A stretch of DNA of 47,373 nt from positions 1-47,373 of the forward strand of contig JAHIFH010000012.1 in the NCBI GenBank assembly GCA_018900995.1. Reading direction: 5' to 3'. The notes beneath the pieces are model-generated. The model did not search any database and was not told where the DNA came from. It worked only from the letters and a program-made list of their open reading frames with translations. How positions within the stretch are numbered: position 1 is the first letter of the stretch; each line of letters starts with the position of its first letter. Source of the stretch: Patescibacteria group bacterium. GTDB lineage: Bacteria; Patescibacteriota; Microgenomatia; PFEM01; JAHIFH01. Positions 24,026 through 32,716 of the stretch are shown piece after piece. A program made the translations under genes and the position numbers.

Positions 24026-25724
24026 AGTGGCTAAAATAAGATTTTTCCGTCCATTGATTCTTTTGTCTGTTATTGTAATTGTTGCTTTTTTACTCAGAAC
24101 GATTGCTCTTGATAAAAATCCTCCTGAACTTTTTGGTGATGAACTTGATGTTGGTTATCAAGCCTTTTCCCTGCTGAAAACCGCCCATGACTATAAGGGT
24201 CATTTTTTGCCAACTTATCTCCAAAGTTTTGCTGAGTGGCGAACACCATTTTTAATGTACGTCACCGCGCCTTTTGTTGCCATTTTTGGTCTCAATGAAT
24301 GGGGGGTAAGATTGCCTAGCGCTGTTTTTGGTTCCCTGACTATTGTTTTACTCTATTTTCTTGTTCTCCATTTGAGCAAGAATGAAAAACTTTCTTTGCT
24401 TTCTGCTTTCTTTTTAACTATTTCTCCCTGGCATATACAATACAGCCGGGCGGCTTTTGAAGTAGCTTTAATGCTCTTTTTAATAGTTGGTGGCCTTTTG
24501 GCTTTTTTTCAAGCAGGACAAAAAGGGAGTTTTAAGATGGGTGTCTTGGCTGGAGTTCTTTTTGCCTTATCTCTTTATTCTTACAACACCGCTAATGTTT
24601 TTGTTCCATTAATGATGATATTCACCACATTTTGTTTCTTCTCCTTTAAAAAACAAAAGAAGAAGATAATGGCTGTTTGGTTTATATTTATAATCATAAT
24701 TATTCCCCTGATTTACAATATCGTCTTTGGCCATGCCGCTACTCGCTATAGTCAATTTTCTATTTTCAATGATCAAGAAACTGTCAGAAGAATTAATTCA
24801 ATGAGGTCTTACCCAGGTACTAACCCCATCTTGGAACAAGTCTTTCACAATAAACCAATCGAATGGTCTAAAAAAATAATTCAAAACTACGCTACCGCCT
24901 TCTCCCCTCAATTTCTCTTTATTCATGGCGATGTCACCTTCCGCCATTCTCTTCATGAGATAGGTCAGATTCTTTGGTTCCAACTACCTTTGATTTTGTT
25001 AGGACTCTACTGGGTTGTTAAAAATTTCCGTCTTAAACAAAATCTTTTTTGGCTAAGCTGGCTTCTAATTGCCCCAATTCCTGCCAGTTTAACTATCGAT
25101 GGAGGTTATCATGCAAGTCGACTAATCTTAATGGTTGTCCCTCTTTCTGTCTTATCAGCTTACGGAGGATTGTTAATTATTGAAAAGTTAATTAGTTTTA
25201 GGAAGAAATCAAGTGTATTATTTGGACTTCTCTTAATTCCAATTCTCTTTATTCCTTTGATGGAATTTCTCCATTACCAGCATTATTATTGGAAACATTA
25301 TCCCATTGACTCCTGGCGCTGGTGGCATTACGGTTACAAAGAGGCAATGACTTCCTTAATCTCCCTGGAGAAAGATTTCAATCAAGTTCTCATTGAAACA
25401 ACTTATGAACCTGCTCTAATTAGATATATTTTTTGGAAAAAGTACGACCCTCAAAAAATCTATCATTTGGATGACCAATTAAAAGAAAATGCAGTTGAAG
25501 GGCTAACTGGCTTTTGTCTTGACGAAAAAGTCTGTTTTGTTAATTTAAGGGGGGACCTCCGAAAAGAGCAAGTAAAAGGTAATACCCTTTACCTTATTTC
25601 TCAAGAGAAAAACATTCCTGGCGACTGGGATTGGTCCGAAAGCCCTCCTGACTGGGTTGAAGTCATCAAAACAATAAAAAATCCCTGGGGAGACCCAATC
25701 TTTTACTTGGTCACCGGCGTTTGA
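24012..25724 (+). CDS. GT39/PMT_2-type polytopic glycosyltransferase, paralogue 5
   Basis: LFGDELDVGYQAFSLLKTAHDYKGHFLP. The track start is TTG 24012; GTG 24027, just after the upstream stop, is an alternative. Confidence 0.8.
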   Translation: MSKIKVAKIRFFRPLILLSVIVIVAFLLRTIALDKNPPELFGDELDVGYQAFSLLKTAHDYKGHFLPTYLQSFAEWRTPFLMYVTAPFVAIFGLNEWGVRLPSAVFGSLTIVLLYFLVLHLSKNEKLSLLSAFFLTISPWHIQYSRAAFEVALMLFLIVGGLLAFFQAGQKGSFKMGVLAGVLFALSLYSYNTANVFVPLMMIFTTFCFFSFKKQKKKIMAVWFIFIIIIIPLIYNIVFGHAATRYSQFSIFNDQETVRRINSMRSYPGTNPILEQVFHNKPIEWSKKIIQNYATAFSPQFLFIHGDVTFRHSLHEIGQILWFQLPLILLGLYWVVKNFRLKQNLFWLSWLLIAPIPASLTIDGGYHASRLILMVVPLSVLSAYGGLLIIEKLISFRKKSSVLFGLLLIPILFIPLMEFLHYQHYYWKHYPIDSWRWWHYGYKEAMTSLISLEKDFNQVLIETTYEPALIRYIFWKKYDPQKIYHLDDQLKENAVEGLTGFCLDEKVCFVNLRGDLRKEQVKGNTLYLISQEKNIPGDWDWSESPPDWVEVIKTIKNPWGDPIFYLVTGV

Positions 25725-26553
25725 AAAATCTTCGCCATTTTTGCCCCAGCCAAATAATTGAAGTTAATAGATAATATTTGACTAAACTATTATATTTTTT
25801 GCTGCTCTCCACTAGCCATTGATGGGTAATTTCGGGCATTTCTCTACCCGCCGCTCCATGGTGGTGGAAAACCTTAGCCGAAGGTAAATAATAAACATTA
25901 AGCCCTGCTTTTTTAGCCCGGCGGCAATAATCTAAATCCTCAAAATAGAAAAAATATTTCTCATCAAATAAACCAACGTCTTTGATAACTTTTTTAGGAA
26001 TAAGCATCGCCGCTCCCGTAACGGCATCAACTTTAACTGCTTTTTTTGTTTGAGGAAAATATTTTTGGTAACTCCCTTCCTGTCCTAGCCAAAATTCTTT
26101 AATGGCTCTGATAAGAGAAGGAAAATGATAAACAGACGGCTGGATGGAACCGTCAAGATTAACTAGTTGCAAGCCAATAATTGCTAGAGGGTGATTTTCG
26201 GCAAATTCAACTGCTTCTTTCAAAGTTTCTTTTTGTATCTGGGTGTCGGAATTAAGCAAAAGAATAAATTTCCCTTTCGCTTTTTTGATACCTTTATTAA
26301 CCGCTCCAGCAAATCCCCAGTTTTGGTCAAGGAAAATAGTTTGAATCGTTCTATTTTTAGCGACTTTCTTGAGATAATTAACACTGCTGTCAGTTGAACC
26401 ATTATCAACAACAATTATTTCAGTAACCAGTGATCGGTGATCGGTGATCGGTTTTTTTCTGGTTGCTAATGGCTGGTTACTAATCACTGATTCCAGGCAT
26501 TCTTTTAGTAATTTCTTCGTATTGTAATTAGGAATAATGATTGATAAATCCAT
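25711..26553 (-). CDS. GT2 glycosyltransferase
   Basis: LSIIIPNYNTKKLLKECLESV...EIIVVDNGSTDSS and LLLNSDT. Confidence 0.9.
   Translation of the reverse strand: MDLSIIIPNYNTKKLLKECLESVISNQPLATRKKPITDHRSLVTEIIVVDNGSTDSSVNYLKKVAKNRTIQTIFLDQNWGFAGAVNKGIKKAKGKFILLLNSDTQIQKETLKEAVEFAENHPLAIIGLQLVNLDGSIQPSVYHFPSLIRAIKEFWLGQEGSYQKYFPQTKKAVKVDAVTGAAMLIPKKVIKDVGLFDEKYFFYFEDLDYCRRAKKAGLNVYYLPSAKVFHHHGAAGREMPEITHQWLVESSKKYNSLVKYYLLTSIIWLGQKWRRFFKRR
26423..26488. repeat. Second copy of the composite heptamer element (66-nt span as delimited; outer units degenerate)
   Basis: gtaacca gtgatcg gtgatcg gtgatcg gtttttttct ggttgct aatggct ggttact aatcact. It encodes (VISNQ)PLATRKKPITDHRSLVT. Confidence 0.85.
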
Positions 26554-26555
26554 TG

Positions 26556-27455
26556 CTATTGAAATATTTCAAAAATTTTTGCGTCAGAGATTTTACTTTC
26601 TTTACGCTCTTTCAAACGCCTTGGTAAAACCAATGGCAATTTAATTAGGGCGGCAAGAAATGGTCGCCAATAGCCAGGCTCAGTTAACAACCTCTTTTTT
26701 AACCAAGTTTTGTGCGTAACAATCATTTCAGGAGCAGTAATATTTTTCCAAATAAATAAAAGGTGATTACGCTCGGTAACCAAAACAATGCTTTTTTTAG
26801 AAAATCGGGTCTTGATTACTCCCCGGTGTTTATGGCGGACTATTGATCGAGGATCCCAAAGTATTTCAAAACCTCTTTTCCAAGCTCGATAGCAAAGATC
26901 AACATCTTCTAGATAAAACGGTTGGTAAAGATAATCAAAGCCTCCCAAGGCTAACCACTTTTCCCGAGAAAAAGCAGACTGTCCTCCTGAGGCCCAAAAG
27001 GCAGAGGATTTTTTCTTTAATCTTTTTTTCCTCACGAGTTCAACTGCCCCATTTTTAAAAACAGCCCAACCAGGACCACTATCAACCTCTCCACAACCAA
27101 CCGCAAAAACCTTAGTATCCAAAAAATCTTCAAGAATAGGCTCTAAAAAGCCTCTTTGAGGGACAACATCAGTATTTAAAAGAACAACTATTTCTCCTTT
27201 GGCTAAGTTCACTCCATGATTGCAAGTGGCTGCAAATCCCCTATTTTTCCTATGAACAGCAAGTCTTACTTGGGAATATGTTTTTTTAATAAAGTTAACA
27301 CTCCTATCAGTTGAGGCATCATCAACAACGATTACTTCAGCATCATCGACAGCATCTAATACCCGAGGTAAATTTTTTCGGAGAAGTTTTTCTCCATTCC
27401 AATTAGGAATAATGATACTAGATCTATTTTTATTCATCTTTTTGTATTCTAACAA
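26556..27455 (-). CDS. GT2 glycosyltransferase
   Basis: SSIIIPNWNGEKLLRKNLPRVLDAVDDAEVIVVDDASTDRS and LLNTDV. An alternative start is ATG 27437. Confidence 0.9.
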   Translation of the reverse strand: MLEYKKMNKNRSSIIIPNWNGEKLLRKNLPRVLDAVDDAEVIVVDDASTDRSVNFIKKTYSQVRLAVHRKNRGFAATCNHGVNLAKGEIVVLLNTDVVPQRGFLEPILEDFLDTKVFAVGCGEVDSGPGWAVFKNGAVELVRKKRLKKKSSAFWASGGQSAFSREKWLALGGFDYLYQPFYLEDVDLCYRAWKRGFEILWDPRSIVRHKHRGVIKTRFSKKSIVLVTERNHLLFIWKNITAPEMIVTHKTWLKKRLLTEPGYWRPFLAALIKLPLVLPRRLKERKESKISDAKIFEIFQ

Positions 27456-28158
27456 AAAATAGCTTTCGATACGCTGGAGAAAAATTAAAAAACCTCAAAA
27501 TGGGAATTAAAAAAAGAGTGTATCGATACAAGCGGCAAAGGAATTTATTCTCACTAAAACCTAAAATTAGTAAAGAAATTAGAAGAAAAACATTGGTGTT
27601 ATTGTGAATTTTAATTTCTGCCTTTTTGTTCCGAACAGACAGCTCGTCCACAAGCCATTTCTCTAATTCTTTTTTTTTCGGCAGTCCGTAGCTCAAATGC
27701 TCAGTTAAAAAGGCTAACTTGTCTTTATGTGTTCGAGAATAATACCAATCTAAAAATTTGTCAGCCAGACTAGCCCAAAAGCCAGAAGGAGTTCCAATAA
27801 TAACGCCCTTCCGAGAAACTCGAAACATCTCTTTAATTGCTAGTTTTCTTTTTCTAGCCGACAAATGCTCTAAAGCATCGATGCTTAAGACAAAGTGAAA
27901 AGCATTATCTTTAAAAGGAAGTTTTTCCGCCTTTGAGCGAACAGGATTAAGTAAACGGTGGGTCTTCTTATCAAAAACAATATCAACTCCCGTCACTTTC
28001 TCTCTAAGATAAGGACAAATACCAAATGAACCTGAACCTATTTCTAAAATCGAATCTTTTTTTGCCTTCTCTCGTTCCAAGAAAGACACCACAGGCAAAT
28101 AGCGAAGAGCAATAGTAATGTCCCAATCTTTAAACTTAGAGGGAAATTTTAAAATCAT
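27430..28158 (-). CDS. Class I SAM-dependent methyltransferase
   Basis: ILEIGSGSFGICPY (motif I) and FKDNAFHFVLSIDALEHL (Methyltransf_11-like). Confidence 0.8.
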   Translation of the reverse strand: MILKFPSKFKDWDITIALRYLPVVSFLEREKAKKDSILEIGSGSFGICPYLREKVTGVDIVFDKKTHRLLNPVRSKAEKLPFKDNAFHFVLSIDALEHLSARKRKLAIKEMFRVSRKGVIIGTPSGFWASLADKFLDWYYSRTHKDKLAFLTEHLSYGLPKKKELEKWLVDELSVRNKKAEIKIHNNTNVFLLISLLILGFSENKFLCRLYRYTLFLIPILRFFNFSPAYRKLFFVRIQKDE

Positions 28159-28200
28159 TCTACTAACCTCTTGTTTCGGCTGGAAAGAGGACGGTAAACT

Positions 28201-29469
28201 TCACGCCTTTTTTTCTTTGAACACTTGCATCACTAAAACTAAAGCCGTAGCTGTAAATAAAGAGCGAAGAAAACTCTTAAAAGTAAAAATATTAGTTAAT
28301 CCGGATAACAGACTTGTCAAAGGAATCGCCCGAGCGAGCGAGGGAGCAAGAGGGACAAACAAACCAAGATGAAGAGATGATTCAAAAAAGAGCAGAATGA
28401 CAAAATAACATGATAGCAAAATTGCAATATGGTAAAAATATTTTTTGCCGTTTTCAACTATTAGCCAAACTAAGAAAGGAGTTATCCAAAGAAACCACTG
28501 AGGATGATAATGAGTGACGGAAAAGAAAAGAAGCATTAAAACCAATCCCAACTGCCAAAGTGCTTGTTTTTCTTCAGTCAATCGAGTCGCCAAAAACAAC
28601 AAAAGGAAATAGCCCATGGCAAAAACAGAAAGATACTCAGCCCCTGATAAAGGCAATTTCATATAGAGCATTTTCTCTGTTTGACCCGCCAAAAGAGCTG
28701 ATTGGCGAAACATGGGTGAAAAAAGAAGATAAGGAGCGATTATTGCCAAATAAGGAACTATGCCAATCACTAATAGTTTTAGTCTCTGCCAAAATCGTTT
28801 GTTTAAAACCAAAACAAAGATGGGTAAAAAAAGCAAAGGAAACAGCTTGAAGGCGCCACCAATACCGAGCATTAAAACCGAAAGAGATTTCTTGTTTCTA
28901 AGAGCAAAAAATAATGCGGCGACTATCATCAAAGTGGGAAAAATATCAATTTGACCCATAGCAAAAGTAGCATAAAGAGTTAAAGGATTAACCATCCAAA
29001 GTTTAAAAGCAGTTTCCCCTTTTTTCTTAGCAAAAATTTGGTAAAGCAAGAAAGCCAAAAGAAAATCAAAAAGGAGATAAGGCAACTTTAATAAAAACAG
29101 GGTCTTAAACAAGGTTACCATGCGGTAAGTAGCTCCCATATCTAAAAGGAAAAGATTATTAAAAGAAAAATCATATAAAGGACCGAAGAAAAACATAAAA
29201 ACCCCAGGAATTAAATAAGCCAAGGGGGGATAAATGAACAAATCTGGTCCATAGATTCTGACCAATAAATTACCAGGGTCTAATCGAGAAAGATGGTCAT
29301 AAAAGGTTAACCATTCCCCTTTTTGGGAAATTAGATAGGCTCCTAAATCAATCGCGCGAATATCCGGATGAACTGTAAAAGGCATTAAAATCAGCCTTAA
29401 AGCCAAGCCGATTAAAATCCATTTGAGAAAAAACTTTTTCACCTGGTTAGTTCCTTTATTTCTTGGCAA
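28201..29469 (-). CDS. Polytopic GT-C-like glycosyltransferase (DUF2029/GT87-like), paralogue of 19303..20550
   Basis: VHPDIRAI, IYPPLAYLIPG and GGAFKLFPLLFLPIF. Confidence 0.55.
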   Translation of the reverse strand: MPRNKGTNQVKKFFLKWILIGLALRLILMPFTVHPDIRAIDLGAYLISQKGEWLTFYDHLSRLDPGNLLVRIYGPDLFIYPPLAYLIPGVFMFFFGPLYDFSFNNLFLLDMGATYRMVTLFKTLFLLKLPYLLFDFLLAFLLYQIFAKKKGETAFKLWMVNPLTLYATFAMGQIDIFPTLMIVAALFFALRNKKSLSVLMLGIGGAFKLFPLLFLPIFVLVLNKRFWQRLKLLVIGIVPYLAIIAPYLLFSPMFRQSALLAGQTEKMLYMKLPLSGAEYLSVFAMGYFLLLFLATRLTEEKQALWQLGLVLMLLFFSVTHYHPQWFLWITPFLVWLIVENGKKYFYHIAILLSCYFVILLFFESSLHLGLFVPLAPSLARAIPLTSLLSGLTNIFTFKSFLRSLFTATALVLVMQVFKEKKA

Positions 29470-30491
29470 AAATGTGCTTGAGAAAAATCTTGGGCTCTTT
29501 TTTGAGCTGCTTGAGCTAATCTCTCTCTTAATTTTTCGTCTTTAATAACTTTTAAAGTCTGCTTAATTAACTCTTTTTGGCTATTCCATAATAACCCATT
29601 TTGATTATGATTAACAATTTCCGGCTGTCCGCCTTTGTTAATCACTACCGGCACGCAGCCGGCAGCCATCGCTTCCACCGTCACGATCCCAAACTGCTCG
29701 ACTCTTTCTGGCTTCTGGTTTTCATCAACGCCAAAACCAGCTGCTGTCCAAAAAATTTTTGCTTGGGCATAAAGCTTTTTTAATTCAGAAAATGGGGAAT
29801 TTTCAATGATTTTCACTGGCAAGTTTTTTGCTTTCTTTTTTAATTTGTCAAACGCCTCATCCTTACCCACATCAGTTCCCCCAGCCAAGATTAATTGCCA
29901 GTCCTTTAATTCTTCACTCATTTGCCTAAAAACATCAATTAAAACATCTTGTCTTTTAGACTGCATTAGTCTGGAAAACCTGCCCACGGAAAGAATGATA
30001 TTTTTCTTTTCACCAGGCTTAAACTCCTTAACCGCTACCGGTGGATAAATCACTTTACTCTTAACTCCATATTCTTTGTCAATGAATTTCTTGGTAAAAC
30101 GAGAATTACAAATAACAGCATCAATCTTTCTTAGCTTAATTCTATTTAAAGGCTTCTTTCCCCCAACGTCATGGAAGGGGACTTGGAAGTGAAGAAGATT
30201 CTTTTTGGCAAAAAGAAAGGGAATACTCCCATCGGACAAAAAGAAAAGCAAATCATATCTTTTCATTAACTGTTGTTTTTTAAAGAATTTTTCTTTAAAA
30301 ATATTGGGAACAAACTTAATTTTTCTTAAATCAATCCCCAGTCTCTCTTCCAACCTCTTCCCCATTCCCCTATCATCCCAAAAAACTTCCACCTGCCAGC
30401 CTTTTTTAGCTAGGCAATAAGCGACGGTCATACTGTAGCGTTCACCGCCACCAAGGGTATCTAAATAGGGATCAAAAATTCCTGCTTTCAT
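29439..30491 (-). CDS. GT4 family (GT-B) glycosyltransferase
   Basis: VEQFGIVTVEAMAAGCVPVVINKGGQPEIV. Confidence 0.9.
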   Translation of the reverse strand: MKAGIFDPYLDTLGGGERYSMTVAYCLAKKGWQVEVFWDDRGMGKRLEERLGIDLRKIKFVPNIFKEKFFKKQQLMKRYDLLFFLSDGSIPFLFAKKNLLHFQVPFHDVGGKKPLNRIKLRKIDAVICNSRFTKKFIDKEYGVKSKVIYPPVAVKEFKPGEKKNIILSVGRFSRLMQSKRQDVLIDVFRQMSEELKDWQLILAGGTDVGKDEAFDKLKKKAKNLPVKIIENSPFSELKKLYAQAKIFWTAAGFGVDENQKPERVEQFGIVTVEAMAAGCVPVVINKGGQPEIVNHNQNGLLWNSQKELIKQTLKVIKDEKLRERLAQAAQKRAQDFSQAHFCQEIKELTR

Positions 30492-30497
30492 CTGAAG

Positions 30498-31943
30498 CTA
30501 TTTTATGTCAAATCTATAAACATTCCAAATAGAATTTTTTATTTGCCACTCTTTAGTTGCGCTCATATTTCTAATCCGGTCTAGCTCGTAGGCAGGATCT
30601 TTGCGGATTGTTGCTTCATCACTACTACTAACCACGTATAAACACTCGTTATCGCGATAGTTGTCTTCCGGCAGTAAATTTATTCCTTTTAAAAAAAGAA
30701 GATCCCGATAGCGTTTCCCTTTCGTGTTTAGATCCGGACTAGCCACGACCACCAAATTGCAGTTTCGACTCTCAATATCACTACTAATAGTCATCACTAT
30801 TTTCCTAGTAGCGGCAATATTAGTACTCCAATCGTTTTTAAGAAGTTCCGATATCGATGGCTTAATACTAAAAACAAAAAATAAAAGGATGATTAATTTT
30901 TGAAAACAACTATGATGGACGCTCTTCTTACAATAAAAAAGCCAAATAACCAAAAAAACCACGCCTGATAAAAAATAATGTTGATACACTTCTCCACCAA
31001 TTAGAGACAAGCCAATAAACAGAAAAAACAAAGGTAGAAGAAGCAAGTTTTTGACCAATCTTTCTTTTAAAAAAAATAATAGTAGGAGAATCAACATCAA
31101 CCAACTAATCAATCTTTCCTGAAAAAAATAAAACAAGAATTGATAAGGAAGGCTGATGCTTCTTAAGAAGAATGTTTTCATACTAAAAGCTCCCTGAGAT
31201 AAAGATAAGGGGCTAAAATAAATCATTCTTGTGATAAAAAGTCCGGGTGGATGGGTTAAATCAAAAACCAAAAATGGTGCCAGTCCGACGCTTACACCTG
31301 TTAAAAAAATTAAAAAATAGCACCACTTCTTTTGGCGAGGAGAAGTCAAAAATACAAAAACACTGAACCCGGCTAAAGCAAAGACGGCATACCAATGATT
31401 ATGAACTGCAAGGGATTGCAAAAAACCAGAAAAAAATAACCAGATTCCGCGTTTACTTTTAAGAAAAACAGAAAAATATACAAAAAGAGATAGGATTTGC
31501 CAAAACGGGACCAAATTTGGATTCCAAGCCCAGCGTCCGGCTTGGAGAAACGGGAAAATGAAACTTAAAAACAAAATACTTCCTACTAAATTCCAGCCAA
31601 ATTTTTTCCATAAAATCACCGCCAGGAGAAAAATGGAAACAAGACTATAAAAAGCCGCGCCAATTACAGGACCAATGGGATCAAATTGAAACAGAAGAGC
31701 AAAGGGAAGAAACATATAGTATGTTAATGAACCATAAACATTTATCTTATCCTGCGAAATTGGCCCGATTAAGGTAACTTTTTTCTCTTTAAAAATCTCA
31801 TGCATCCTCACTAAGTCACCAGATTCATCCCAAATAAAGCGAGCCGAGGTGTCCAGGAAAAGAGTTCTTGTCAAAACACAGAGAATAATCGTCACTAGTA
31901 GAAGTAAAATTCTTCTTTGTTTTTTCTTTAAAAAAGCCCTCAT
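30498..31943 (-). CDS. ArnT-like (GT83/GT39-type) polytopic glycosyltransferase
   Basis: RFIWDESGDLVRMHE loop motif and many TM helices. Paralogue of 43374..44927. I place the start at ATG 31943, which forms an ATGA overlap with the upstream stop; the track ORF extends to 32024. Confidence 0.7.
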   Translation of the reverse strand: MRAFLKKKQRRILLLLVTIILCVLTRTLFLDTSARFIWDESGDLVRMHEIFKEKKVTLIGPISQDKINVYGSLTYYMFLPFALLFQFDPIGPVIGAAFYSLVSIFLLAVILWKKFGWNLVGSILFLSFIFPFLQAGRWAWNPNLVPFWQILSLFVYFSVFLKSKRGIWLFFSGFLQSLAVHNHWYAVFALAGFSVFVFLTSPRQKKWCYFLIFLTGVSVGLAPFLVFDLTHPPGLFITRMIYFSPLSLSQGAFSMKTFFLRSISLPYQFLFYFFQERLISWLMLILLLLFFLKERLVKNLLLLPLFFLFIGLSLIGGEVYQHYFLSGVVFLVIWLFYCKKSVHHSCFQKLIILLFFVFSIKPSISELLKNDWSTNIAATRKIVMTISSDIESRNCNLVVVASPDLNTKGKRYRDLLFLKGINLLPEDNYRDNECLYVVSSSDEATIRKDPAYELDRIRNMSATKEWQIKNSIWNVYRFDIK

Positions 31944-32716
31944 TTCTCCTTTTTGACTTGCATTTCCCAGAGTTGCATGTAAATAATCATCGTGTGGAAA
32001 GCCTGATAAATTGATTCGATCCAACCTTCAGTTCCATCACGAAATCCTTGCTTTTTTATAAGCCTATCGAACAAGGTCGTTGCTCCCATCCGCAAAATTC
32101 GCCACCAGGTAACTGGCGGATGATTAGCTTCATGTAAAAGCTTTGCTTCTATCTTTGACCATCTTATTGACTTTTCAAGCATGGGCTCAATTGATTTTGG
32201 CTGAAGATGAATCATCGGCTCCTTCAAATGACCCAATTCGCCCTCAAAAACTGGCTCCTCGTGCAGCTCTCCTCTCCATCTTTTCAATTTATCTCGTTTA
32301 TAAAGTCGCTTAACATAACCCGGCCACCAACCTCCCCAACGAAGTTCTTTGCCTAAAAGGAAGTTTCTCCTCGGAATGGCAAAAGCCGTGTATTGCGTAT
32401 TAGGCATTGTCTCTTGAATTTCCTTCCGCAATTCTGGTGTTATCCTTTCATCGGCATCAACATAGAGTATCCATTCTCCTTTTGCTTCTCTTAATCCCCT
32501 ATTTCTCCATTGAGAGTAAGCTAATCCTTTAAAAGGAAGATTAATAGATTTAGTGGCATATTGCTTGGCAATTTGGGAGGTTTTGTCGGTCGAGCCGGTA
32601 TCGATATATATTATTTCATCCGCCAGCTGGCGGACTGATTCTAGACAGTCCTTAATCATCTTTTCTTCATTTTTAGCAATAATAATGACACTAAGCTTCA
32701 TAACTCCCCTTGCCAA
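31940..32716 (-). CDS. GT2 glycosyltransferase (WaaE/KdtX-like subgroup)
   Basis: LSVIIIAKNEEKMIKDCLESVRQLADEIIYIDTGSTDKT and YVDADERI. Confidence 0.9.
   Translation of the reverse strand: MARGVMKLSVIIIAKNEEKMIKDCLESVRQLADEIIYIDTGSTDKTSQIAKQYATKSINLPFKGLAYSQWRNRGLREAKGEWILYVDADERITPELRKEIQETMPNTQYTAFAIPRRNFLLGKELRWGGWWPGYVKRLYKRDKLKRWRGELHEEPVFEGELGHLKEPMIHLQPKSIEPMLEKSIRWSKIEAKLLHEANHPPVTWWRILRMGATTLFDRLIKKQGFRDGTEGWIESIYQAFHTMIIYMQLWEMQVKKEK

Noticed and set aside
3744-26488. Whether the short tandem arrays could be CRISPR arrays
   Set aside because: The units are 7 nt and directly abutting, with no spacers. The arrays are 28-66 nt long and lie inside ORFs. No cas genes are in the window.
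26430-26488. Whether the two arms of the composite element form a hairpin
   Set aside because: The arms pair only through many G:T wobbles on the plus strand. All host genes are on the minus strand, so on the mRNA these become C:A mismatches. The copy at 9773 pairs even worse.
27670-27678. Homopolymer tracts (T9 here in the methyltransferase; several T7-T8 runs elsewhere) as phase-variation switches
   Set aside because: A/T runs encoding Lys/Phe are common throughout this AT-rich sequence. Nothing distinguishes these from background without read-level data.
28159-28200. Possible hairpin CCTCTT...AAGAGG in the largest gap of the 17-gene run
   Set aside because: It has only a 6-bp stem with a 12-nt loop and no T-tract, which is too weak to call a terminator or regulator.
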